Shown here: positions 1 to 5,719 of the stretch, piece by piece | Layout: every line of letters begins with the position of its first letter | Position numbering within the stretch: the stretch's first letter is position 1 | DNA from: a virus | Taxonomy: Duplodnaviria; Heunggongvirae; Uroviricota; Caudoviricetes | Strand: one strand, 5' to 3' | DNA length: 6,669 bases | IMG/VR virus record: IMGVR_UViG_2711768007_000014 | The notes under the pieces: generated by a model | What the model saw: only the letters and a program-made list of their open reading frames with translations | Databases searched by the model: none | Told to the model about the DNA's origin: nothing | Program-made: the position numbers and the translations under genes

Positions 1-152
1 AATACGGGAATACATTGAGATTTTCTACAATCGTCAGCGTCGTCACTCTCGTCTGGGGAATATCTCCCCGGCAGCCTTCAGGGAAAAATATCATCAGATG
101 GCTGCTTAAAAAAAGAACAAATGGTAGTGTCCGCTATTGCCAGTACACCTCA
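1..152 (+). mobile_element. Right-end fragment of an IS3-family insertion sequence (3' end of transposase gene plus terminal sequence ending ...CA at 152); cut by the window edge
   Basis: Positions 1-152 are a perfect reverse complement of 6518-6669 (verified base by base; identity breaks at 153/6515). The region encodes a transposase C-terminus with the IS3-family signature. The element terminus reads ...CCTCA, i.e. the complementary end would begin TGAGG..., consistent with IS3-family TG...CA termini. Exact IS name not recognised. Confidence 0.75.
2..109 (+). CDS. IS3-family transposase (OrfB/integrase-core) C-terminal 35 codons, 5'-truncated by window edge
   Basis: Frame 2 translates to IREYIEIFYNRQRRHSRLGNISPAAFREKYHQMAA followed by TAA at 107-109. 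The FYNxxRxHSxLGxxSPxxF motif is the conserved C-terminal tail of IS3-family DDE transposases. Confidence 0.75.
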   Translation: MREYIEIFYNRQRRHSRLGNISPAAFREKYHQMAA

Positions 153-334
153 GGATAGCGGTCATGTGATGCCGGTTTCCCGGTAACTCAGCACCGGTAT
201 CTGAGTCAACGTTTTCTCTACTGGGTCATTTCCGATACGCCCTGCCTGCTGACAGGCTTTCATCACATCTGAAAATATAGCACCCTGACTGATACTGTAG
301 TACCTAAGGTTCCAGAAACTGTGATGTATCCGGC

Positions 335-360
335 ACAGAAAAGCCCCTCCGGAGAGGGCT
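335..360 (-). terminator. Weak terminator-like hairpin (imperfect palindrome AGCCCCTCCGGAGAGGGCT) followed on the minus strand by UUUUCU
   Basis: Imperfect inverted repeat at 342-360 with a short A-run at 339-342 on the plus strand (a U-run on the minus-strand transcript). Only a 5-bp clean stem and 4 U residues, so weak. Confidence 0.3.
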
Positions 361-556
361 GGAGAGTGGCGCTATGTGCCATTGCATGATGCCGGGTGCC
401 TCCCGGTGAATTCAGTACCAGCACCTGAATCCGCGATTATCCCATATACCTACTCGCTGATTGCCCCTCCGCACAGGGGGATTCACCATGCCAGTTTCTT
501 TTAACAAACTCCCCGCAAAACAGACAACTGTCAACCGTCTGAATTGTGAGACATTT

Positions 557-582
557 AAAAAAAAGGCCCGCAAAAGCGAGCC
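557..582 (-). terminator. Rho-independent terminator immediately downstream of the tRNA cluster
   Basis: On the minus strand: 7-bp GC-rich stem (GGCUCGC/GCGGGCC with one G-U pair), 4-nt loop, then 8 consecutive U (plus-strand A-run 557-564). Sits 15 nt after the 3' CCA of the last tRNA. Confidence 0.6.
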
Positions 583-596
583 AGGGAAAATAAGTG

Positions 597-673
597 TGGC
601 GCGTTGTACTGGATTCGAACCAGTGACCGATTGCTTAGAAGGCAATTGCTCTGTCCGGCTGAGCTAACAACGC
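597..673 (-). tRNA. tRNA-Arg, anticodon UCU (reads AGA/AGG); argO-like phage tRNA
   Basis: Minus-strand sequence GCGTTGTTAGCTCAGCCGGACAGAGCAATTGCCTTCTAAGCAATCGGTCACTGGTTCGAATCCAGTACAACGCGCCA folds as a cloverleaf: 7-bp acceptor stem, GCTC/GAGC D-stem, anticodon stem ATTGC/GCAAT, loop CUUCUAA (anticodon UCU), T-arm ACTGG-TTCGAAT-CCAGT, encoded CCA. Confidence 0.85.
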
Positions 674-686
674 ATGATGCAGATAA

Positions 687-763
687 TGGACCGCCATCGG
701 GGACTTGAACCCCGCGCAGCCAGCTTCGAAGGCTGGCGCTCTTTCCTGATGAGCTAATGGCGG
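687..763 (-). tRNA. tRNA-Arg, anticodon read as UCG (reads CGA/CGG); argN-like phage tRNA
   Basis: Minus-strand sequence CCGCCATTAGCTCATCAGGAAAGAGCGCCAGCCTTCGAAGCTGGCTGCGCGGGGTTCAAGTCCCCGATGGCGGTCCA. Acceptor stem CCGCCAT/ATGGCGG, anticodon stem CCAGC/GCTGG, loop CUUCGAA (anticodon UCG), T-arm CGGGG-TTCAAGT-CCCCG, encoded CCA. D-loop is atypical (ATCAGGAAA). Confidence 0.75.
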
Positions 764-770
764 TATGTGA

Positions 771-846
771 TGGTGGCCCTTGCTGGATTTGAACCAGCGA
801 CCTGGCGATTATGAGTCGCTCGCTCTCACCACTGAGCTAAAGGGCC
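771..846 (-). tRNA. tRNA-Ile2 type (anticodon CAU, probably lysidine-modified to read AUA); ileZ/ileX-like
   Basis: Minus-strand sequence GGCCCTTTAGCTCAGTGGTGAGAGCGAGCGACTCATAATCGCCAGGTCGCTGGTTCAAATCCAGCAAGGGCCACCA. Near-identical in architecture to E. coli ileX as I recall it; anticodon loop CUCAUAA; encoded CCA. Could formally be an elongator tRNA-Met. Confidence 0.85.
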
Positions 847-886
847 GGGAGCCGCATAATAACGACGCGTAATTAATTCTTCAATA

Positions 887-1945
887 TCATCCGTTCTGGC
901 TGACTAAATCCTGTACTTCCCGAACCGTCTGCTCAAAACGTTCAGTCTCCAGCTCAACGCCAATTGCACGACGCCCGAGCGCCAGTGCCGCTTTCACTGT
1001 CGAACCCAACCCCATGAAAAAATCTGCAATCAGGTCACCCGGACGACTGCTAGCGCTGATTATCTGCTGCAGCATTTCTGCCGGTTTTTCGCACGGATGT
1101 TTCCCGGGATAGAACTGCACCGGTTTATGCGTCCACACATCGGTATACGGCACCTGCACCGTCACGCCAAAATACCGCCGCAGATGTTTATATTCACTCA
1201 GCAGCTCCGCATACTGCCGGTTCAGTGAGGTATACGTATCCACCAGCTGGTGGTGGAGCTTTTCCAGTTCACCACGCCGATGCTTCTCTTCTGCCACCCG
1301 GGCAAACAGCGCCTGTAATTTCAGATAATCGCTTTCATTCGGCAACTGCCACTGACCGGCACTGAACCAGTGCGACACCATGTTTTTCTTTCCTGTGGCA
1401 TCTGCAATCTGTTTTGCCGTTATCCCCAGGGCAGCTCGCGCATCACGAAAGTAAGAAATCAGCGGGGCCATCACATGCTGTTTCAGTGCACTGCCCTTCG
1501 CCGCATACCCGGCATCTTTCGGACGATACGGCCCCTGATAATGTTCCGCGAACAGAATGCGCTCTGTGGCGGGGAAATACGCCCGCAGGCTTTCCTTGTT
1601 GCATCCGTTCCAGCGTCCGGACGGCTTCGCCCAGATAATATGGTTCAGCACACTGAAGCGTTCACGCATCATGATTTCGATATCAGATGCCAGGCGATGA
1701 CCACAGAACAGGTAAAGACTTCCGGCAGGTTTCAGCACCCGCCAGAACTGCGCCAGACACTGGTCCAGCCACTTCAGGTAATCATCGTCGCCCTTCCACT
1801 GGTTATCCCAGCCCTCAGGCTTCACTTTAAAGTACGGCGGGTCCGTGACTATCAGGTCAACAGAATTTTCGGGTAACGACCGGATAAATTCCAGGCAGTC
1901 GGCGTTGATTAACTCACAACTGGATATTTTTACAGTATTAAGCAT
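887..1945 (-). CDS. DNA methyltransferase, N6-adenine/N4-cytosine beta-class (DPPY catalytic motif N-terminal, FxGxG AdoMet motif C-terminal); orphan
   Basis: 352-aa ORF. Motif IV DLIVTDPPYF near the N-terminus and motif I DFFMGLGST near the C-terminus give the circular-permuted beta-class order. No restriction endonuclease candidate in the window. Confidence 0.9.
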   Translation of the reverse strand: MLNTVKISSCELINADCLEFIRSLPENSVDLIVTDPPYFKVKPEGWDNQWKGDDDYLKWLDQCLAQFWRVLKPAGSLYLFCGHRLASDIEIMMRERFSVLNHIIWAKPSGRWNGCNKESLRAYFPATERILFAEHYQGPYRPKDAGYAAKGSALKQHVMAPLISYFRDARAALGITAKQIADATGKKNMVSHWFSAGQWQLPNESDYLKLQALFARVAEEKHRRGELEKLHHQLVDTYTSLNRQYAELLSEYKHLRRYFGVTVQVPYTDVWTHKPVQFYPGKHPCEKPAEMLQQIISASSRPGDLIADFFMGLGSTVKAALALGRRAIGVELETERFEQTVREVQDLVSQNG

Positions 1946-2037
1946 GGATCATTAAGCCTGTCTCTGATAGGCTCATTCTGCTTTTGCGCAAAGCAGTGGG
2001 CCTGAGGTTTGCTTGTGAACCCAACGCATGAGCAGAT

Positions 2038-2068
2038 GGCTGGTGGGTGCCCCTAACACCCACCAGCC
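2038..2068. repeat. Perfect 12-bp inverted repeat (GGCTGGTGGGTG ... CACCCACCAGCC) with a 7-nt loop, in the 5' leader of the methyltransferase gene
   Basis: Arms at 2038-2049 and 2057-2068 are exact reverse complements. No adjacent U-run on either strand, so it is not a canonical intrinsic terminator. A second palindrome (CTGCTTT-TGCGC-AAAGCAG) lies at 1978-1996, about 35 nt upstream of the methylase start. Confidence 0.5.
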
Positions 2069-2080
2069 GCCCATTTACCA

Positions 2081-2109
2081 CAAATAAAAAAGCCTTCACT
2101 GCGGAAGGC
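2081..2109 (-). terminator. Rho-independent terminator overlapping the stop codon of the small HTH ORF
   Basis: On the minus strand: stem GCCUUC/GAAGGC with loop CGCAGU, followed by UUUUUUAUUU (plus-strand A-run 2083-2090). Confidence 0.5.
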
Positions 2110-2293
2110 GTCTGTAACAACCGAACTGATAGTCTGCCAGACCCGCCATAACCAGCTGGGTCAGTATTAACTGGCAGCGTTCGCGTGAAAGGTAAGTATT
2201 CTGCGCTATCTCCCCGACTGTCGCCGGTTCGGTAACGCTTAATTCATTAAACACCACTCTGGCGGTTTCTGTCATATCCTGCTGTTTTAGCAT
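2096..2293 (-). CDS. Small hypothetical protein (65 aa) with helix-turn-helix-like segment
   Basis: ORF with AGGA-type ribosome binding site upstream. The segment ATVGEIAQNTYLSRERCQLILTQLVMAGL resembles a winged-helix/HTH recognition region. Not hydrophobic, so not a holin. No family recognised. Confidence 0.45.
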   Translation of the reverse strand: MLKQQDMTETARVVFNELSVTEPATVGEIAQNTYLSRERCQLILTQLVMAGLADYQFGCYRRLPQ

Positions 2294-2410
2294 GTCTTTT
2301 CCTTTTCCGGTTAACGTGACACACCAATAACTCTTGTCGAAAAAGCCAGCAAGCTGAAAGACAGGTATTCACCGCCACCAGCGCGTTTACTGTACTGACG
2401 CGATTTCAGT

Positions 2411-2437
2411 CATAAAAAACCCGCTCGGCGGCGGGTT
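2411..2437 (-). terminator. tR'-like intrinsic terminator about 80 nt downstream of the Q stop codon
   Basis: On the minus strand: stem ACCCGC/GCGGGU with a 6-nt loop, followed by UUUUUUAU (plus-strand A-run 2414-2419). Position relative to Q and the promoter below matches the lambdoid pR'-qut-tR' layout. Confidence 0.6.
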
Positions 2438-2484
2438 GTAGAAACTCTTCTAACGTCAGGCATAAAACGCCCATCGTTATAACG

Positions 2485-2512
2485 AATTTACCACAGATTC
2501 CGGAAAAATCAA
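2485..2512 (-). promoter_or_regulatory. pR'-like late promoter (-35 TTGATT, 16-bp spacer, -10 TAAATT preceded by TGG) starting 6 nt after the Q stop codon
   Basis: Sequence match to sigma-70 consensus on the minus strand (-35 at 2507-2512, -10 at 2485-2490). A short leader of roughly 65 nt would run to the terminator at 2411-2437, as expected for a Q-modified late promoter. Not experimentally verifiable from sequence. Confidence 0.5.
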
Positions 2513-2517
2513 CCTTG

Positions 2518-3339
2518 TTACCTAGTTACCTTTTTTAACTGCCGCTCAGCCCATGCTTCTTCAATATCAAACCGGGTCACCAGCGCATCATAAAATTTCT
2601 TAACTGTTTTTTCCCATGACGCGCGTGTTATCTGGTTTGTCACCTCGCATATAGCATTAAATGCCTCCGTTGATGGTAGTCTTTCATAGCCACGACCACC
2701 ACAACGCTGGCAGTCTCTGATAACAGGCATACCACGTTTTACCGACTCTTCACGATGAATGGCGACACCACGCCCACGGCAATCCTTACAGGCGGTGGAA
2801 ACCTCACCCTTTCCGCCACACTCCGGACAGGCAACTTTTACCACCTCCCTGACTTTTTTCCATTCTTCCCAGTAAGACGGATACACACCTTTCGTACACT
2901 TTGCCCATACCGGCGGCTTACCATCCGGATACTGGATCTTGTTTGTAAAAACCTCGCTTTCAATAAATTTTTTTCCGTGACAGCAGGGGCACTGTTTTTT
3001 GCTCGCCGCGCTACGGGCATAATCTTCAAACGCATACGAAGCCATAATACGCATCACTGCCGGTTTTATTTCTGCCGGGAGTTTTCTTAACGCCGCCACG
3101 CGATCACACCGACTGAGTGCATATTCTGTCAGCAATTCTGTTGCCCGCTCTCTGTCATTCATACTAATGCCCATTTTCCCAAGGAACGCAGAAACCCCCA
3201 TCTCAGCCCGATTCTGTGTCATGCCCTGCGCGGCCATCACATCAGTGATACTCAGCGCATCTTTCGACGTTGAGGCCGATGCATCAGTCAGGCCGGGGGA
3301 TTTTGGGGAGTAGTATTTCGGTAAATCTTCCAGTTTCAT
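2518..3339 (-). CDS. Q-like late-gene antitermination protein with four CxxCxGxG zinc-finger repeats
   Basis: 273-aa ORF immediately downstream of rusA (ATGA overlap) and immediately upstream of the pR'/tR'-like signals. N-terminus MKLEDLPKYYSPKSP resembles the Qin-prophage Q homologue (QuuQ) as I recall it. Contains CPCCHGKK, CPECGGKG, CKDCRGRG and CQRCGGRG repeats. Confidence 0.7.
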   Translation of the reverse strand: MKLEDLPKYYSPKSPGLTDASASTSKDALSITDVMAAQGMTQNRAEMGVSAFLGKMGISMNDRERATELLTEYALSRCDRVAALRKLPAEIKPAVMRIMASYAFEDYARSAASKKQCPCCHGKKFIESEVFTNKIQYPDGKPPVWAKCTKGVYPSYWEEWKKVREVVKVACPECGGKGEVSTACKDCRGRGVAIHREESVKRGMPVIRDCQRCGGRGYERLPSTEAFNAICEVTNQITRASWEKTVKKFYDALVTRFDIEEAWAERQLKKVTR

Positions 3340-3716
3340 TTTTTGACCTGCCCTTCAAGCATTATGGGATAAATCTTCACCCCCAGACGTCCACCAGATA
3401 CTGGCTGAGCACGAACGATATTGATTTCATCAAACTGCTCATCGTCCATTAGCAACCCCGCATGCGTCAGCGCATCCAGCGGCGCTTTCAGAATATTGTC
3501 CAGGTCACGGCGGCGCTTATCCGGTGGTTCTGCAATAATTTTTATTGCCAACCTTCCGGACAGGCTTAATTTCAGCCGCTGCTGGCGAACAATAAGCGCC
3601 ACTGCCCGGCGATAACGCTCCCCGGCTTTTGATACAAAATATGTGCTGCCACGACGACGCCAGTAAGTGTTCACCGTCGGCGGGTAAGGTAAAACAAATT
3701 CTATGCGCTCGGTCAT
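3336..3716 (-). CDS. rusA: Crossover junction endodeoxyribonuclease RusA (Holliday junction resolvase)
   Basis: 126-aa ORF. Strong recognisable similarity to E. coli RusA along the whole length (LPYPPTVNTYWRRRG..., ...DKRRRDLDNILKAPLDALTHAGLLMDDEQ..., GGRLGVKIYP). Stop overlaps the Q start. Confidence 0.85.
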   Translation of the reverse strand: MTERIEFVLPYPPTVNTYWRRRGSTYFVSKAGERYRRAVALIVRQQRLKLSLSGRLAIKIIAEPPDKRRRDLDNILKAPLDALTHAGLLMDDEQFDEINIVRAQPVSGGRLGVKIYPIMLEGQVKK

Positions 3717-4775
3717 TTATGCTTTCCACTTCAGAACACCCGAATTTCTCGCGTGCATTAAAAAACGAATCAGCAACAACAGCTGACTGCCGTGTTTCTC
3801 TTCAAAATCTTTTACTCCGGCATGTAGTTCGTTACGGCATTTACGGCATAACGGAATAACAAACAAATCATCAGCCTTTGTTCCCATCCCTCCCAGTCCA
3901 TGACCAATGATGTGATGCGGATCATCTGCCTGATTGCCACACGTCATGCATTTCTGCGTTTTTACCCAGCGCGTGTATACAGGCATCTCTTCCCGTTGTG
4001 ATTTCTGGCGCTGGAGATACTGAGCCGGTGACTCCGGATCAACGGCAATGCTGACCACCGTCTTTTCCTGTGGTGGGTTCTGTTGCTGGTGGACGTGAGG
4101 CAGTAACGCAATATTTTTTGTGCGCTGCTTCAGTATGCTGGTGGCTGTCTGCTCTCCCGGTATGATGTCGCTTTCACTGTACACAGAGCGAATTTTTTCC
4201 GCACGCAACCCCAGCGAACGACGTAATACCGCTTCCGGTAGCGCGTCCGCCACCTGATTGCGGACCGCCCACCAGGATAATTCAGCCAGAGATAATTCAC
4301 GCTCCTGCGTACCGCTTATTGCGTGACCGATGACGTCAATCATCCATGCTGACAGGTTTTGATGAGCAAGTTGCTCGAGTGATTCGGATGTCTGGTCACG
4401 CAGCTGGTTGTCGCAGTGCCAGCACAACACCATTGCGCCGGTACCATAACGGTGAATGACGGTTTCGCTGTGATGATAATCGCCGTGTGGCCACTGGCAG
4501 GATTTAATATGGCGCAACAGCCAGTCAGACAATGCACCAGCACCACCAGCAGCACGAATCACCCGTGCGTTACTGAAAAACGGCAGCAATGTTTTGTCTT
4601 CCACCAGCGGCTGGCGAGCGGCAGGAACGACCCCGGACGGCAGATTACGCATGCTTTTTGGTTCCGGCTCCACCAGTATTCTGCCGTTATGGAATGCTGA
4701 CATTGATTCACGGCCTGGCTTAACGATAACCAGACCGAGTTCCGGTACCAGAACAGGTCGAAGTAATACCCGCAC
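3717..4775 (-). CDS. DUF968-type prophage protein (YdfU-like) with C-terminal HNH-like Cys/His motif; putative nuclease
   Basis: 352-aa ORF starting at GTG 4775 (an internal ATG at the MSAFHNGRIL residue is an alternative start). C-terminus has C-x2-C ... HH ... C-x2-C ... H spacing (CMTCGN...DPHHIIGH...CRKCRNELH). Position between the nin small genes and rusA matches ydfU in the Qin prophage. Stop abuts the rusA ATG. Confidence 0.6.
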   Translation of the reverse strand: MRVLLRPVLVPELGLVIVKPGRESMSAFHNGRILVEPEPKSMRNLPSGVVPAARQPLVEDKTLLPFFSNARVIRAAGGAGALSDWLLRHIKSCQWPHGDYHHSETVIHRYGTGAMVLCWHCDNQLRDQTSESLEQLAHQNLSAWMIDVIGHAISGTQERELSLAELSWWAVRNQVADALPEAVLRRSLGLRAEKIRSVYSESDIIPGEQTATSILKQRTKNIALLPHVHQQQNPPQEKTVVSIAVDPESPAQYLQRQKSQREEMPVYTRWVKTQKCMTCGNQADDPHHIIGHGLGGMGTKADDLFVIPLCRKCRNELHAGVKDFEEKHGSQLLLLIRFLMHARNSGVLKWKA

Positions 4776-4776
4776 A

Positions 4777-5132
4777 TTACCTCCAGATCCGTTGCTGGAA
4801 TGTGCGGGACGGACGCGTTGGCCGTTCGGAGTAAGGGAGCCTGACGGAGATTATCCAGTGACGGTAGTCGAGGCTAAGGGCTTTTTTAACCTCGCATCCG
4901 CGCCTGCGGTAACACTGAATGAGCCATTCGGCCTGTTCTTCAGTGCATGGGGGATGCTGGTACCAATCAGATTTAAATGCGTGAGAGCGCCGCCCGTGCC
5001 TGCTGGCAAAGACGGCTGAATTATCAGAATTGTGTAGTCTGGAAGGCAGTGGCTGACAATAGCGCCATTCTCAACGCGCACAGTATAGAGGCCATCTTCA
5101 CTAAAAATTTCACGTAATTCTTCGATTTTCAT
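4777..5132 (-). pseudogene. Hypothetical gene apparently disrupted by a 1-nt frameshift (N-terminal part in one frame, protein-like C-terminal part in the -1 frame with no start codon)
   Basis: ATG at 5130-5132 with a good GGAAGGA ribosome binding site gives MKIEELREIFSEDGLYTVRVENGAIVSHCLPDYTILIIQ..., then decays into low-complexity sequence. The overlapping frame encodes ...HGRRSHAFKSDWYQHPPCTEEQAEWLIQCYRRRGCEVKKALSLDYRHWIISVRLPYSERP..., ending at a TAA (4777-4779) that overlaps the downstream start region. That frame has no ATG/GTG/TTG back to its upstream TGA. Confidence 0.45.
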
Positions 5133-5214
5133 CAACAGAATCCTTCCAGATAAATAGCACTCCCCTGTTCGGGGTCCATCCCTCTTCTCCCTGCGCGCTA
5201 CTTAAGTATTTTTG

Positions 5215-5244
5215 ATTCTATTCCGGCACCATCTAAAACTTCAA
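5215..5244 (-). promoter_or_regulatory. Candidate sigma-70 promoter (-35 TTGAAG, 18-bp spacer, -10 TAGAAT) upstream of the frameshifted gene/DUF968/rusA/Q operon
   Basis: Consensus-like hexamers on the minus strand between the hok terminator and the next ribosome binding site. Sequence match only. Confidence 0.25.
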
Positions 5245-5249
5245 ACGCG

Positions 5250-5283
5250 TTGAAAATAAAAACAAAAACCCGCCGAAGCGGGT
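5250..5283 (-). terminator. Rho-independent terminator of the hok mRNA
   Basis: On the minus strand: stem ACCCGC/GCGGGU closed by a UUCG tetraloop, followed by UUUUGUUUUUAUUUU. Confidence 0.65.
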
Positions 5284-5352
5284 TAAGTGTGGGTGCATTG
5301 AGGATGCCTGCCCCATCAGAGGTGGCGAGGGATTTCTCCCCCGCCTGGTCTC

Positions 5353-5508
5353 TTACTCCTCAGGTTCGTAAGCTGTGAAGACAGCGACCTCCGTCTGGCC
5401 GGTTCGAATTCGTACCTCGCAGAGGTCTTTCCTCGTTACCAGTGCCGTCACTATGACGGTTAAACAGATGACGATCAGGGCGATTAACATCGCCTTTTGC
5501 TGCTTCAT
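5353..5508 (-). CDS. hokD: Hok-family type I toxin (51 aa), HokD/RelF-like
   Basis: Translation MKQQKAMLIALIVICLTVIVTALVTRKDLCEVRIRTGQTEVAVFTAYEPEE matches the Hok family (single transmembrane helix, conserved C...C and TAYE tail) and, from memory, HokD/RelF. An upstream ATG at 5565 with a GAGG ribosome binding site (mok-equivalent) is in frame with hok here, so the ORF track shows a 70-aa extended ORF 5353-5565. Confidence 0.9.
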   Translation of the reverse strand: MKQQKAMLIALIVICLTVIVTALVTRKDLCEVRIRTGQTEVAVFTAYEPEE

Positions 5509-5584
5509 AGCCTGCTTCTCCTTGCCTTTCGGCACGTAAGAGGCTAACCTAGATTTGCCGTTCATAGATTGAGCCTCAGATTAA

Positions 5585-5660
5585 TGTTAAGCGTCTTGCC
5601 GGACGCGTAATGTTAACTGGGGCTTTTCTCTATCTGCCTTTTGGTGTTCATGCCTGAGAC
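5585..5660 (+). ncRNA. Putative Sok-like antisense RNA complementary to the hok mRNA leader (boundaries approximate)
   Basis: Inferred from the hok/sok paradigm. The hok leader here (minus strand, ...GGGTGCTTGAGGCTATCTGTCTCAGGCATGAAC...) resembles the plasmid R1 hok 5' end. I could not confidently map the sok promoter or terminator; a possible promoter is TTGCCG-N19-ATTAAT near 5555-5585. Confidence 0.3.
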
Positions 5661-5683
5661 AGATAGCCTCAAGCACCCGCTGC

Positions 5684-5711
5684 AATTCTACTTAACTCTC
5701 CTTTTCCCGCA
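5684..5711 (-). promoter_or_regulatory. Candidate hok promoter (-35 TTGCGG, 16-bp spacer, -10 TAGAAT); predicted start near 5676
   Basis: Consensus-like hexamers placed so that the transcript would begin at GGGTGCTTGAGGC, which parallels the R1 hok mRNA 5' end (GGCGCUUGAGGC). Transcript to the terminator would be about 420 nt. Confidence 0.4.
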
Positions 5712-5719
5712 AACCGTTT

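Noticed and set aside
162-263. 33-codon minus-strand ORF (MKACQQAGRIGNDPVEKTLTQIPVLSYRETGIT)
   Set aside because: No Shine-Dalgarno sequence, no recognisable family, and short enough to be chance.
153-596. Searched for stxA/stxB or holin/endolysin coding sequence downstream of the tRNA cluster
   Set aside because: No ORF with a signal-peptide-like Stx A N-terminus or holin-like hydrophobic profile; region has only very short ORFs. Toxin or lysis genes are absent from the window.
412-667. ORFs 412-645 (-) and 461-667 (+)
   Set aside because: Both overlap the tRNA-Arg gene and its terminator and lack ribosome binding sites; products look random.
1370-1876. Plus-strand ORFs 1370-1876 (168 aa) and 1414-1638 (74 aa)
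   Set aside because: Lie entirely antisense within the well-supported methyltransferase gene; translations are low-complexity and Arg/Pro-rich, typical shadow ORFs.
1938-2120. Minus-strand 60-aa ORF 1938-2120
   Set aside because: Spans the terminator and the two palindromic hairpins of the methylase leader, overlaps the end of the HTH ORF, and has no ribosome binding site.
2755-3090. ORFs 2755-3090 (+) and 2838-3035 (-)
   Set aside because: Embedded in, or out of frame within, the Q-like gene; no independent support.
3270-3859. ORFs 3270-3452 (+), 3421-3615 (+), 3517-3729 (-), 3629-3859 (+)
   Set aside because: Overlap rusA and the DUF968 gene in alternative frames or antisense; the tight stop/start coupling of the real genes leaves no room for them.
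4340-5019. ORFs 4340-4555 (-), 4416-4700 (+), 4559-4777 (-), 4594-5019 (+)
   Set aside because: Alternative-frame or antisense ORFs inside the DUF968 gene and the frameshifted gene; compositionally biased (Trp/Cys/Arg-rich) products.
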